From NCBI GenBank assembly GCA_964016885.1, contig OZ024743.1:334490001-334554000 (forward strand): DNA of 64,000 nucleotides, given 5' to 3'. Positions 15,488 to 28,170 of this stretch are shown here, one piece after another. The notes under the pieces are model-generated. The model searched no databases. It saw only the letters and a program-made list of their open reading frames with translations, and was not told where the DNA came from. The translations under genes and the position numbers were made by a program. Source of the stretch: Eledone cirrhosa. Lineage: Eukaryota. Within the stretch, counting starts at the first letter, position 1; each line of letters starts with the position of its first letter.

Positions 15488-16088
15488 TACCTCATTTTAC
15501 TAGTCTCAAGAACGCGTCTACACGACGTGAGAAAGAATCCCAAAAGGCGGAGGGGGAGATAGTCACGCGATATAACGGTCGAGAAACAGAGCTAAGCCTC
15601 TTATAACCACGAAGAAAATACCACGGAGGCGGAGGGGGTATTCATATCGAGGCCGTAGAAGAGGTAGTGAAGAAGGCGAGAAGTATGAGTAATGGAAGCT
15701 TTCCAGTTGTCCCCACACTTCAAAGATTGCTCGACCAGAGGGAGTTATTAATATATTTAGAAATTGGGTGCGGATTCATGTATATATGTGTGTGTCCGCA
15801 TGTATCTGTGTGTTTCTAAATATATTAATAACTCCCTCTGGTCGAGCAATCTTTGAAGTGTGGGGACAACTGGAAAGCTTCCATTACTCATACTTCTCGC
15901 CTTCTTCACTACCTCTTCTACGGCCTCGATATGAATACCCCCTCCGCCTCCGTGGTATTTTCTTCGTGGTTATAAGAGGCTTAGCTCTGTTTCTCGACCG
16001 TTATATCGCGTGACTATCTCCCCCTCCGCCTTTTGGGATTCTTTCTCACGTCGTGTAGACGCGTTCTTGAGACTAGTAAAATGAGGTA

Positions 16089-16176
16089 TCCTCTTGATAA
16101 GTCGGCAGACCTCGCAAGGACTCTATATCTTTGATATATTGTTTTTGTTTATGCCACGAAACTACGTAGTCGAGGA
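16089..16176 (+). ncRNA. Hammerhead ribozyme, U3:A8 variant
   Basis: TCCTC-TTGATAA-GTCGGCA...TGCCAC-GAAA-CTACGTAG-TC^GAGGA. Confidence 0.75.
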
Positions 16177-16406
16177 ATTTAGGAGCAGTTTAGGTATGAT
16201 ACATTTTATTACTAATTATATCTAAATGTTTCTTCTCTCTTCATAATGTATTTTTAACTCTGATACTGGTTCAGTCTAGTTCAACTGAATTGGTCTGTCC
16301 CAGTCATTCATTGAGCAACATCGGTGAAGTTGGCACCCTTAACTCACAGTTGGGTGCGGATGCATTCATGTATATATGTGTGTGTCCGCATGTATCTGTG
16401 TGTTTC

Positions 16407-16462
<56 letters not shown>

Positions 16463-16874
16463 TGTATCCATATATATATATGTATGTATAATAGCCGATG
16501 AATTGGTAGAAAATCAGATATATTATTTGTAGGTATTTGTTCCGATTATGTTCGCTCTGATTTGTTTCGATTATGTTCGCTCAGATTCTGCTATGGTATT
16601 GCTCCATGTTCCTAGAGCTCAGGCTACTTCCGAAAATCATGAAACTGTGAAACCAGTCCACTTAACGTAAGCAAATTTTCTTAAAGACTTTGAGTGTATT
16701 TTCACATTCCTTATCCCTTCCTCCTCCCTCTCTCTCTGTATATACATATGTATGTATATATATATCTCGACGACAGAGCTCAAGCCGTTTTGAATTTACT
16801 ACCACTCTATTACTCTAAGTTTTGAGAACTCCGGTGCGTTATGGTCCATCTGGTTCCTTACCACACTTCCTTCG

Positions 16875-16931
<57 letters not shown>

Positions 16932-17008
16932 AAATATTAGACCTCGACGGCAGAGCTCAAATCGTTTCGACCGGTATTTCTTGACTTCGTTATATATATG
17001 TATATAAG

Positions 17009-17040
<32 letters not shown>

Positions 17041-17042
<2 letters not shown>

Positions 17043-17700
17043 CCGGAAACACATAACCAAATGCGGAAACAAAGACGGAAGGCCCATTGTCACAACTCTA
17101 GCGACAGAAAGAAACGTCGGCACGTTACGTATCAAGGAAGATCTTTGGATCAAACGCCTAGGGCCACAATTAAACAACCGATCGGAGAGAAGCGAAATGT
17201 GGTGGTTGGTTTAAGTTAACAAACGATGCAGCAACACACGCACACACACACCCAAGCGAGAGAGCAACACACGCACACACACACACATCAGCATTCCACC
17301 ATACGAACATAATATACTGCCAATACAGAGGAACAAGGCAACAACACACGCACACACACACAGTAACATTCACCAGAGAATACTATGGACTGACAGCTAG
17401 CGCCACCACACTCACACAATTGAAAGATCTACTTCGGCCGCTGACCTCTGCTTGACCGACCCCATTTCACGCGCACGCGTGCTCTGCTGAATACCTCAGA
17501 TATTCAAAACAACGAACAGCGGAGGACACGTTTCGCACCTTTCCGACAGACAACCCCCCCCCCCCCCCGGAAAAAAACCCAGTTGATGGATGTGAATCCG
17601 AAATATATAGGGACAATTAAATCTCTCCCAAGATAACTCTATCTCGTGTTGTTATTTTTATTTTTATCCTTTACGCTCTTTCCTTCATTCCTCTACACGC
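17041..17700 (+). mobile_element. PLE 3' fragment (GIY-YIG C-terminus, UTR, decayed HHR at 17578-17622)
   Basis: Frame HITKCGNKDGRPIVTTLATERNVGTLRIKEDLWIKRLGPQLNNRSE. CC-CAGTTGA-T-GGAT GTGA ATCC-GAAA-TATA-TA-GGG. Confidence 0.6.
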
Positions 17701-18148
17701 TACAGTCTTCTACACGCCACGCATCTCAACGTGCACACGTACACACACTTACATCTCTCTATCCACCACCGGATCTTGTTACCCGGAGATTTACCCATTT
17801 GCATTGTCGAGGCTTCCAAACGACTTAAAGAAATTTACCATATTATCCCCAATGCTTCAAGTAAACTTCAATACTCTCTTATACATATATATATATATAT
17901 ATTCACCTATATATATACATCTATATATATATATATGTAAATTTTCTTCTCCTTTCTACCAATTTCTACCAGTTTCCTCTATCTTTCTTTTCTGATGAAG
18001 TATTAGCGTCCTAAAAGTTAAGACACTTTTCCTTCTATATCAAGCGTACAACTAATAATATATTTCTTCATTGTACTGTGTCGTTTACTTTGTGATTTAT
18101 GTTTGTCTTCTGCATACACACACACATATATATCTATCTATCTATCTA

Positions 18149-18207
<59 letters not shown>

Positions 18208-18428
18208 GGATTAACAAATAATAGTTAAATGCAGTCCACTTAGGTGAAGTCCAGTTATGGTATTCCAGGTAGTGGATGATATTAACGCTTGGCTTGGTTT
18301 GACTCAACAAGGCGTTTTCATAGTGATGCTGTGGGTATGCTGTAATTCCTATGTTGTAAACACTTGGAGTAATAATAAATCAGGAAAGAAGGTTTACATG
18401 GTTTGCTATACAAAAAAGTTTTTAATCA

Positions 18429-18541
18429 CATAGCTTACATTTGTTTCACTGAACTGGTATGTCTAGAGATCGCTATCCGCTTAATTTTGCGTTACTCGAT
18501 CGCCAATAGAGAATTATAACCAGTCAGATCTTCGGAGCATG
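18429..18541 (-). ncRNA. Hammerhead ribozyme with extended stem II
   Basis: CATGCT-CCGAAGA-TCTGACTGGT...ACCAGTTCAGT-GAAA-CAAATG-TA^AGCTATG. Confidence 0.6.
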
Positions 18542-18959
18542 CGAGAATGAAGAAAATACACAGGCAAGAAAAAGAAAATACGGCTACTATATGGAGTAGT
18601 TATGGCATTCAATTAGAACAATAACAACAATTACAACAATTACAACAATGCTATCAATAAACTATTTAAGGAGACCCTGACATTACTTAGGTGGGGGGTA
18701 TATAATGTATCTAATGTTACGGCGTGAAAACCAGCTGTCATAAGGCAAAAAGTATCGTAGTGTGTATCAATTTTAAATTATAAAGATGGGCTAGTTTTTA
18801 CAGTCTTTCTCTTCATCTTCAACAGTATACATGAGTGGGACCACAGTCAAAGCTCAATAGTTGTAGAGTTAATACAGAGGTTAACGAATTAATATACGCA
18901 TATATCTACGCACACACACACACACATACACATACACACATACCCATACACACACACAT

Positions 18960-19017
<58 letters not shown>

Positions 19018-19039
19018 GTGTGTGTGTGTATGTGTGTGC

Positions 19040-19266
19040 AGAAGGCAAACAGAAATCACAAGTTCAATAGTCTTTGGACAAATTCCTTCAAGAAATTCCG
19101 GATAAACCTCCTACACCCGGATATGTCTCCGTCCACAATAACTCACTGCTTGAGTGGGCCATGGTGCCCAAATCCTGATTTGAAAAACATCGCTCGGTGG
19201 TGATATTAAGTTAGACATGGCCTGGGCCAATACTGGCCGAAACCTATCAAAGTTAAAGTTATACTC
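19040..19266 (+). mobile_element. CR1-group LINE 3' end fragment
   Basis: [26 protein letters not shown], matching LDTLLSRIPDEP...TNSLL at 11120-11200. Tail CATGGCC...GGCCGAAAC. Confidence 0.7.
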
Positions 19267-19320
19267 ATATATATATATATATATAGATAGATATATAAAT
19301 ACATACACACAAACACACAC

Positions 19321-19874
<554 letters not shown>

Positions 19875-20075
19875 CAAAGGAATTGTGGTAAGGAACCAGA
19901 TGGACCATAACGCACCAGAGTACTCAATACTTCCTATATATATATATATATGTAGGAGGTGAGTTTTATTGTAGTACAATAAAGCAATGCAGATATCGGA
20001 TAAGAAGTACTCTACAGTTTGTAGGACTGGAGTATACATAATATAAGATCAAAAGATGGTTAAGGGAGTTCCATA

Positions 20076-20146
20076 TATTTTATTATGCGCATTTCAAAAA
20101 CAAACATCATCATTCAATAATATTTGTGTTTTCATCAGATAAAACA
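20076..20146 (-). ncRNA. Type I hammerhead ribozyme (3' pLTR)
   Basis: Intact CTGATGA/GAAA core, TGCGCA stem III, TA cleavage site. Confidence 0.85.
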
Positions 20147-21174
20147 GGAGAACATGATATGAAGGCTAAAAAACACTTGTGGATAGTGCAGTTTTAAATC
20201 AACATATGAAAAGTGGTTTTAGATTGATGTGTGATATTGGGAAAAAATTTTTATTTAGAGAGGGGGGGTGGAAAGGATGAAAAAGGGGAGGAGATGAGAG
20301 GGAGAGATGGGTGATAGAGAGAAAGAGATAGTTTTTATAACTGAGAGGAGATATATTGTTTTACATAGAGAGGTTGAAAACCGTTGGAAGATAATGTATA
20401 AATTAAAAGAATTTGAAAATTAAGGAAGGGAGGATATGTGTGAGGAAAAAATATTTTATTTAGGGAGGGGGGGGTGGAAAGGATGAAAAAAGGGGGAGGA
20501 GATGAGAGTGAAGGTGGAGAGGGAGAGATGGGTGATAGAGAGAAAGAGATAGTTTTTATAACTGATAAAAAGATATATTGTTTTACATAGAGAGGTTGAG
20601 AACCGTTGGAAGATAATGTATAAATTAAAGGAATTTGAAAATTAACGAAGGGAATTTATGTATGAAGATAGAGAGAAAAAATAATAATTGTGGATGAATA
20701 TTCTAACGTCAAAAAAAGTGTATGTTGATAAGTATTGTGGCAATTTCAAAATTAACGAAGAGAAAAATTATTAAGGTTTGTGTGTAGAAGGATTTGAGAA
20801 AAATAATGTGAAGTTAAAGTTTGTATATTGAAGGAATTGATAATATATGCGAATAAAGAGTTAATATGTATTAAGAATGAGTTCGTTGATGGGGAGAAAA
20901 AAATAATAAATTAAGGATGAAATTGAGATTAAAAAGTTTTATGATAGAGAGAAAAAATAATAATGATTGCGGATGAATATTCTAACGTCAAAAAAACAAA
21001 TGTATATGTTATGAAGGATTTTACAAGGTGAAGATAGAAAGAGGGTAATGAGTAAACAAGTATTATAGAGTGTATAATGCCCTTTAAAGTAAGGTAGGAA
21101 GATGGGTATATTTTAAAGAGGTGTATGTATATGTGCCTTTGAGAAAAGATTCTAAATTGATAAAGAATTGAATA

Positions 21175-22830
21175 TTAACTGTATACTTTGTGAAAAGTCC
21201 TATGGAATTTATGCAGGCAGATAGAAAACAAATCTGTACGTCTATTTATTATAGAATCTAGGTTAGAGATAATGGTAAATTTTTCATTTAGGCAGAGATT
21301 ACAGATTTTAGATAGAGAGCTGTTCAAGTATGAGGATGCAGAAGAAACCTTCTTCCAAAAGATGGTATATTTAATGTTTTTGTCTTTCAAGGACCATATG
21401 AGTTCTGAGAGAGCCGTGTTGGTTCTTTTAAGTTTGTATTTGAAAGATGAATGATGATTATAGAGACGAGCTTTAAAAGAGGTGGAAGTGGAGCCAAAAT
21501 AGGTGAAGGAATTGATGCTAGTTATAATTTTACATTCATAAATTAAGTTTTTATCGAGACAATGGTTGTTGAGAGGACATTTATTTTTAATGCGGCAGTT
21601 GCAATTAGAGAGATTATTAATGAGTGACCTAGTGTTATCTATAGAAGGAATTGGATTGGAGAAGTTGTTTGCGATAGGAATAATAGGAATAATAGTTTCT
21701 TGATTTAGAGTTGGATTATGAACATTTAGCGAAGTTGTGTTTGACGTTGTATTTGGGTTTACAGAAGTTAGCCTAGGGTTTACAATGACGTCGGGAGTAC
21801 TATTACTGTTATTATGAAATTCAATGTTGGAAGGAAGAGATTTAGTATTTAGTATTTTATTGTTGTGTTTAGAGATGATGTTGGAAATATTGGAGGATGT
21901 AGAATAAGAAAATTTGATGGTGTGTTTGTTAAATATTTTACTATAGATATGTGAGGGAGGGAAGCATTTATTTAAGGCACTAAAAAATAATTTAGGAATA
22001 TTGTTATTAATAGAGATGGAGAAAGGAGCATTATACCAGATTATGTTTTTGTATCTAGGTCTTTTATTAAAATTATTGGAATGATCATGATTAATTATTC
22101 TACTGTAAGTTTTTCTAGAATTTGTTTCTTTACTATATTTGATTTTATCTGGATAGCCGGCTTTAGAAAGTGCGTTATTATAGTAATTGGCGTTAGCATC
22201 AAAGATGTTTTTATTAGAAGATATGTTAGATATTCTTTTTCCAATATTACTAACTATAGCATTCTTGATATTGGTAGGATGGTTAGATTTAAAGTTAACA
22301 TAATTTAGGTTCTCATTGTTTTTATGGTAAGGGTAATATAGGCCAGTGTCAAGATTAAGAGATACATCCAAGAAATTAGCTAGTTTGATACTATTATCAA
22401 ATTCAATTTTTAGGTTATGTTGGTTAAAGAGATTACGTATATTGTTCTTAATAATATTAAGGTTAACTAAATTGCAATTTAGGATAGTAAAGAGTCCATC
22501 GTCACGATAAATTCCACCGCGAAGTTGAGGAATTTTCCGACTCAAAGAGTTCAAAATGAAGATACCAATTAAATCAGTCAATTGGGATGAATCGGATGCT
22601 CCCATTGTGATGTCGAAGTTGTTAGAGGTATCGGCTCTGGTCCAATATTCGTTGTTGAACTCTAGGATGGTTTTACGTGCGGTGAGGATGATGTGAAGTT
22701 CATCTGTGGTGATGTCAGAATATTTCAGTGCGAAAGATAGAGCATTATTGAGAAGTGAAGGCGAAATGGAGGAATAGTAGCTGGCAATATCAAATTGAAT
22801 AAATTTTAGTTTGTTTTTATTATCCAATGT
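21175..22830 (-). CDS. PLE reverse transcriptase core, thumb, Asn-rich linker and GIY-YIG endonuclease
   Basis: FIQFDIASYYSSI, FDITMGASDSSQ, GGIYRDDG, NFLDVSLNL, SNHP, CNC..CPL..HC, LIYEC..YFGST..FKARLYNH, CNLC, CLH. Confidence 0.9.
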   Translation of the reverse strand, partial: TLDNKNKLKFIQFDIASYYSSISPSLLNNALSFALKYSDITTDELHIILTARKTILEFNNEYWTRADTSNNFDITMGASDSSQLTDLIGIFILNSLSRKIPQLRGGIYRDDGLFTILNCNLVNLNIIKNNIRNLFNQHNLKIEFDNSIKLANFLDVSLNLDTGLYYPYHKNNENLNYVNFKSNHPTNIKNAIVSNIGKRISNISSNKNIFDANANYYNNALSKAGYPDKIKYSKETNSRKTYSRIINHDHSNNFNKRPRYKNIIWYNAPFSISINNNIPKLFFSALNKCFPPSHIYSKIFNKHTIKFSYSTSSNISNIISKHNNKILNTKSLPSNIEFHNNSNSTPDVIVNPRLTSVNPNTTSNTTSLNVHNPTLNQETIIPIIPIANNFSNPIPSIDNTRSLINNLSNCNCRIKNKCPLNNHCLDKNLIYECKIITSINSFTYFGSTSTSFKARLYNHHSSFKYKLKRTNTALSELIWSLKDKNIKYTIFWKKVSSASSYLNSSLSKICNLCLNEKFTIISNLDSIINRRTDLFSICLHKFHRTFHKVYS

Positions 22831-23575
22831 TGAACCAGCCAATCACTTCAGAAGTACCAAACCATAAATTTAGGTTCAAAGAAGAGCAATTAGAACTAAC
22901 CTGTGGGATAATTCTATCCAAGATGGCTTTACTAACAACCCCCAGATCAGATTTAGAGGGGACGATTAATCTAACAGGTAGTTCAGTGCGAAAATTGTTT
23001 TTGTGATCCTTGAGATTTATCCTCGGAGTTCTTGGGAGGAATGGTTCGGTCTTTTTTTCAATGCCAAGTTTTGACATAATCTCAGAGGCTTCAAGGTTTA
23101 TGTGTTCTAAATTTTCATGGTTGGTTTTACGATACTTTTTCCTAAGTTCCTTTAGGATAAGGTTGTTATAATTATCCTTGGAAATACCATATAAGTTATT
23201 GGTTTTGTCAGAGTGGACTAAAACATTTTTTGAGGAATTTAGGTTAGAGATTGTGTTCTTGAGATTTACAAGGTGCTCTTGTCCTTTGTAAGGGTATCTC
23301 TTGAATTTAAGACTTTTTATTATTTTAGTTAATTCTTCCTCGAATTGTACTAGATTTTTGTTGGAAGGAGGATTTCGTCTAGAATTAAAAATATGATCGA
23401 GGAAGTTATGTTCTTTGGTATGGAAGTTCCCTTTTAGGCGCTGGTCATAGAAATAGGCTGTCCATCTAAGTCTTCTTACGAAGGAGTCAGTTTTTTCAAT
23501 AAGAAGTTTGGTGAATTCAGATTTACCAGGTATAGGAATGTCTTTAGTTGAATTGGTTATGTTGTAATAATCCAT
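22820..23575 (-). CDS. PLE N-terminal region, joined to the RT ORF by one frameshift near 22830
   Basis: MDYYNITNSTKDIPIPGK...RRLRWTAYFY...HSDKTNNLY...LKDHKNNF...VRLIVPSKSDLG. Confidence 0.85.
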   Translation of the reverse strand: MDYYNITNSTKDIPIPGKSEFTKLLIEKTDSFVRRLRWTAYFYDQRLKGNFHTKEHNFLDHIFNSRRNPPSNKNLVQFEEELTKIIKSLKFKRYPYKGQEHLVNLKNTISNLNSSKNVLVHSDKTNNLYGISKDNYNNLILKELRKKYRKTNHENLEHINLEASEIMSKLGIEKKTEPFLPRTPRINLKDHKNNFRTELPVRLIVPSKSDLGVVSKAILDRIIPQVSSNCSSLNLNLWFGTSEVIGWFNIG

Positions 23576-23779
23576 GTTGTAGAAGAAGAGGTGAAGGACC
23601 ATCAAAAGGTATCCAATATGAGAGTAAGCGCTCAACCGTTAAGGAGCAAGTTAATGTAGGAGGTGAGTTTTATTGTAGTACAATAAAGCAATGCAGATAT
23701 CGGATAAGAAGCACTCTACAGTTTGTAGGACTGGAGTATACATAATATAAGATCAAAAGATGGTTAAGGGAGTTCCATG

Positions 23780-23850
23780 TATTTTATTATGCGCATTTCA
23801 AAAACAAACATCATCATGCAATAATATTTGTGTTTTCATCAGATAAAACA
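23780..23850 (-). ncRNA. Type I hammerhead ribozyme (5' pLTR)
   Basis: Intact core, about 200 nt upstream of the ATG. Confidence 0.85.
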
Positions 23851-24050
23851 GGAGAACATGATATGAAGGCTAAAAAACACTTGTGGATAGTGCAGTTTTA
23901 AATCAACATATGAAAAGTGGTTTTAGATTGATGTGTGATATTGGGAAAATTTTTTCCCAATATCACACATCAATCTAAAACCACTTTTCATATGTTGATT
24001 TAAAACTGCACTATCCACAAGTGTTTTTTAGCCTTCATATCATGTTCTCC

Positions 24051-24121
24051 TGTTTTATCTGATGAAAACACAAATATTATTGCATGATGATGTTTGTTTT
24101 TGAAATGCGCATAATAAAATA
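24051..24121 (+). ncRNA. Type I hammerhead ribozyme (inverted arm)
   Basis: Reverse complement of 23780-23850. Confidence 0.85.
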
Positions 24122-24151
24122 CATGGAACTCCCTTAACCATCTTTTGATCT

Positions 24152-24198
<47 letters not shown>

Positions 24199-24200
24199 TA

Positions 24201-24335
<135 letters not shown>

Positions 24336-24345
24336 TATATATGTA

Positions 24346-24453
<108 letters not shown>

Positions 24454-24893
24454 CCTATATATATATAAATACATATATATGTACATGCATATATGTGTGT
24501 ATGTGACGTGTTGTATGTTATATATATGTATGTTTATATTAAGTTTCTTTAACTTAAATAGGACTTAGAAGATATCCTGGTCGGACTATAAGCAACAATT
24601 GAAAAACACAACTCATTTTCTCTCAAACTTTTTCAATTAACAGAGTTACGTACATGCGTACATATATGTACGTATGTATAGATACATACGTACATATATG
24701 TACGTATGTATAGATACATACATTGTATGTATTGACGTGGGTTTTTGTATTTAAAATACAAAATACACATCCGATATTGATATTTGTTCATTGAAACGAT
24801 CATGTAACAATGGATTAATTACTATCGTACTTGTTTTTCTGATTTTTTTCATTGTTTACCATTATATATAAATATATATATATATATACCAAC

Positions 24894-24968
<75 letters not shown>

Positions 24969-24985
24969 AATATATATATATATGC

Positions 24986-25035
<50 letters not shown>

Positions 25036-25589
25036 TTATCTATCTATCTATCTCACTCTCTCTGTATATATACATATAAATATACATTCACACACATATA
25101 TACATATACGTATATATATATACATATACACACACACATATTTATATATATATGTACATAGAAATAAGTAAATATATATTTATATACACATGCACATACA
25201 CATATATATCATTTATACACACACATACACCCACCAATATGTGTGTGTATGCGTGTGTATACAATTATACACACACACATATTGACTGTCATTCACACAC
25301 ACACTCACACACACACACAGACACGCACACACAGACACAGACACAGATACACACACATATACACACACACGGTAGTATTGAAGTAGACATTTAATTAGAA
25401 ATGTCATGACTATCAACGATGCTATTGAGAATCTGATATTGACAAATTCTCCAGTATATTTGTATTGTTTGCAATCGAGGTAAACACGTTTGACGATATG
25501 TATTGGATAAAGTATTAATCTTATCTAATATATATATCCCATGAATAATATATATATAGGGTCTTCATGAATATACTGTTACTTGTATT

Positions 25590-25905
25590 TAACTCTTCAC
25601 AAATGAAGAAATTAATTTGCGAAGCAAGTCCCCGCCCAACCACGGCAAAATTACATGGCGATTCGCCGGTTTCACATGACGGTTGGTATTTTGTGCATGC
25701 TTGTATTTCGACAGGAAAGCGCTGACATGTAAACTAGAGAGGATAATCAATCGAGGTCTCGACCTAGGTATACTTGGCGCCGGACATTCCAGGAGGATCT
25801 CAAACGTACATGTGTTAGTTGTACAGGTGCGGAGAGAACAGTGGCAGATTGCATTTGGTCGGAGCCTGCTGTCTTGTGCGACCCAATACGCGAGAAGACA
25901 TATGA
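25590..25905 (+). mobile_element. Decayed RTE-type LINE 3' fragment
   Basis: Frame with RSRPRYTWRRTFQEDLK, resembling the RTE C-terminal RGRP..TW motif. Confidence 0.45.
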
Positions 25906-25913
25906 ACAAGATA

Positions 25914-26095
25914 ATATTGGTTTCTGATTCAGGCACAAGGTCAAGGGAAAAGTCGATTCAATCGACCCCGGTCCATTACTGGTACTTTATTTTATCGACC
26001 TGTTAGGATGAAAGGTAAAGCTAACCTCAGCAGGATTTGAACTCATGCCATAAAACACGTTGTCCGACGCTCTACGGTTTCTGCCAATCCACTAC
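25914..26095 (-). mobile_element. tRNA-derived SINE with CORE-like domain
   Basis: GAGTTCAAATCC B box, then CCTTTCATCC...GGTCGATAAAATAAAGTACCAG. Confidence 0.7.
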
Positions 26096-26406
26096 CCTGA
26101 TGACTATGATAATATTGAAAATAAAAATCATTTCTTTTTCAGTAAATTGTGTAATGTAGAATGTTCAATGCATTCTTTTTATGGGATCAAGAGTAATTTG
26201 GAACCTTACAATAATGATTTATATCAGATTGCTAGTAACGTGACATGTGTTTGACAACAGAAGGAATCACATTTTCTCCGTACATGTAATTGTAAAGGTC
26301 CCACTAACTGTGTTCTATGTTTATTTATTAGCTATATTTGCTATGGAGCTGTTAGGAAGATTGTGACTCTTCTTATGTTGATGTCTATATGTAACTAACA
26401 AGATAT

Positions 26407-26439
<33 letters not shown>

Positions 26440-26446
26440 TTTATAT

Positions 26447-26900
26447 ATTGTTATACTTTGGGAGGGTCATGCTGCCAATAAAAAACACATACACCTGCCT
26501 ATTGGTTTTCACTTCAATTTATTATAAATTTCCGATTGGTTGGTTCGATAACCGGAAGGTTGTTTATATATTGTCAAAAATCTTTCGTCACACATTCTGT
26601 GACCTCCTCAGGGACTAAGGTTTTATTTTGTGTCTCTCCTTTGTTCTGTCCTACACAATCTTGTTTTTGTGGGTTGTGTACTGTGTGCTTAGTTTGCGCA
26701 TGCGTTACGTCATGGCGTGTGAGTGTTTTTATTTATTCATTTATGTGTTTATTTACTTGTCACTAGTTGGTTGTTTGTTCTATCTGTGTGTGTCTGATTT
26801 GTTTTGTTAGTTTGATTTTTGTGTGTGTCTGTATGTTTTCATTTTGTACTTAATTATTAGCCACTCATGTTTTCTGTTTAAATTTTGGCTGGAGTTCATT
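26447..26900 (-). mobile_element. Neptune-like PLE 3' region with HHR at 26573-26615
   Basis: 3' end TGACCCTCCCAAAGTATAAC shared with 31262 and 32232. GTCC-CTGAGGA-G-GTCACA/TGTGAC-GAAA-GATT-TT-TGAC. Confidence 0.65.
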
Positions 26901-27224
26901 TATGTTTGTCGCTTATGTGATTTGTTAGTTATGTTACCTGCAATGCTAACGCCAATGGCGGACGCTCCTCTTGGGCATATGTTTTGCTATTAAACTTGAA
27001 CATATGTTCCTCATAACAATGAGAGAGGTAGAGAAAACAATGACAAATACAGGGGAGATAAACAGGAAGAACACACAGACACACAAAATAGATTAGAAAA
27101 TAACAGTGACGCAGGGGAAAGGGATAGGAGAAACAATGAGAGACATAGAAACAACCATGAAGCTGTTGGTGGAACTAGAGACAACAACACAATTGATGAT
27201 AACAACATAGTAAACAATGCACTC

Positions 27225-27615
27225 TGAAAATCTACCGTCTATGACCCATCTGATAAGTTCTTCAGCATGCGACGACTTTACTCTAAGACGTTCTCGTTTA
27301 AGAAACGATCGTGTTTACCGTCACAAGCTGATGGCTAAACGAAGGCACAATTTACAATAGCCAGAACTTAACTTAAAAAGATTCTAGAACAACAGCGGGA
27401 AACATAATAGAATGGAGGCCCAGCAACTGGGGGAAAATCAGCAAATGGCTTGCGTAAGCTCATGCAGAGCTCACGAAATAGAGAGATTGTATGCTTTCCA
27501 ACAGAAAATTTTGGCAGAATGTCAGTTCACAGCCTGCCAAACGACATCCAGGCAATGGATATCTGTTTCAACACACGTTTTCGGATAAGAAATCTTGCAA
27601 AACAAATTAAAAAAC
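27225..27615 (+). pseudogene. Decayed Neptune/Nematis-type PLE N-terminal fragment
   Basis: GLRKLMQSSRNREIVCFPTENFGRMSV resembles the IV..TDKSG motif region. Confidence 0.4.
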
Positions 27616-27642
27616 GAAGTATATATATATAGATATATATAT

Positions 27643-28041
27643 GTAGGAGGTGAGTTTTATTGTAGCACAATAAAGCAATGCAAATATCGGATAAGTAGCA
27701 TTCAACAGTTTATTGGACTGGAGTATATATAAGAAGAAATTAAAAGATGGTTAGAAAAGTTCCATGTATTTTATTATGCGCATTTCAAAAACAAATATCA
27801 TCCAGGGACGATATTTGCATTCTTATCAGATAAAATAGGGAGACATGATATGAAGCTTAAAAAAGATACTTGTGAGCAAGGTATTAGACACTACCTTGCT
27901 CACAAGTGTCTTTTTTAAGCATCATATCATGTCTCCTTATTTTATCTGATGAGAACGCAAATATCGTCTCTGGATGATATTTGTTTTTGAAATGCGCATA
28001 ACAAAATACATGGAACTTTTCTAACCATCTTTTAATTTCTT

Positions 28042-28045
<4 letters not shown>
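27643..28045. mobile_element. Fold-back Naiad pLTR-only insertion
   Basis: Arms 27725-27882 and 27893-28045. HHRs at 27767-27837(-, CTGATAA, mutated) and 27938-28008(+, intact core). Confidence 0.85.
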
Positions 28046-28114
<69 letters not shown>

Positions 28115-28170
28115 TTGAACTGTGTATACTTGAGCTCCCGTAGTTGAGCTATTTACTGTTAGAAGTCACC

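Larger units (their letters stand above)
15330..16410 (+). mobile_element. Non-coding HHR element: 590-bp unit in partial tandem plus inverted arm
   Basis: Arms 15330-15763 and 15813-16246 are almost perfectly inverted. 15764-15820 is repeated at 16350-16410. (TA)n flanks. Confidence 0.8.
19952..24155 (-). mobile_element. Near full-length Naiad-type Penelope-like retroelement
   Basis: Direct pseudo-LTRs at about 23656-23950 and 19952-20245, inverted arm 23951-24155, RT plus GIY-YIG ORF, three HHRs, (TA)n on both sides. Confidence 0.93.

Noticed and set aside
15330-16246. MITE or DNA transposon with long terminal inverted repeats and a TA target duplication
   Set aside because: The arms are asymmetric (one extends further), contain HHRs and a partial tandem, and the same layout occurs on RT-coding PLEs, which favours a retroelement origin.
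22820-22842. Programmed ribosomal frameshift between the two PLE ORFs
   Set aside because: No slippery heptamer, and the related element at 28659-30026 reads through this region in one frame. A simple indel is more likely.
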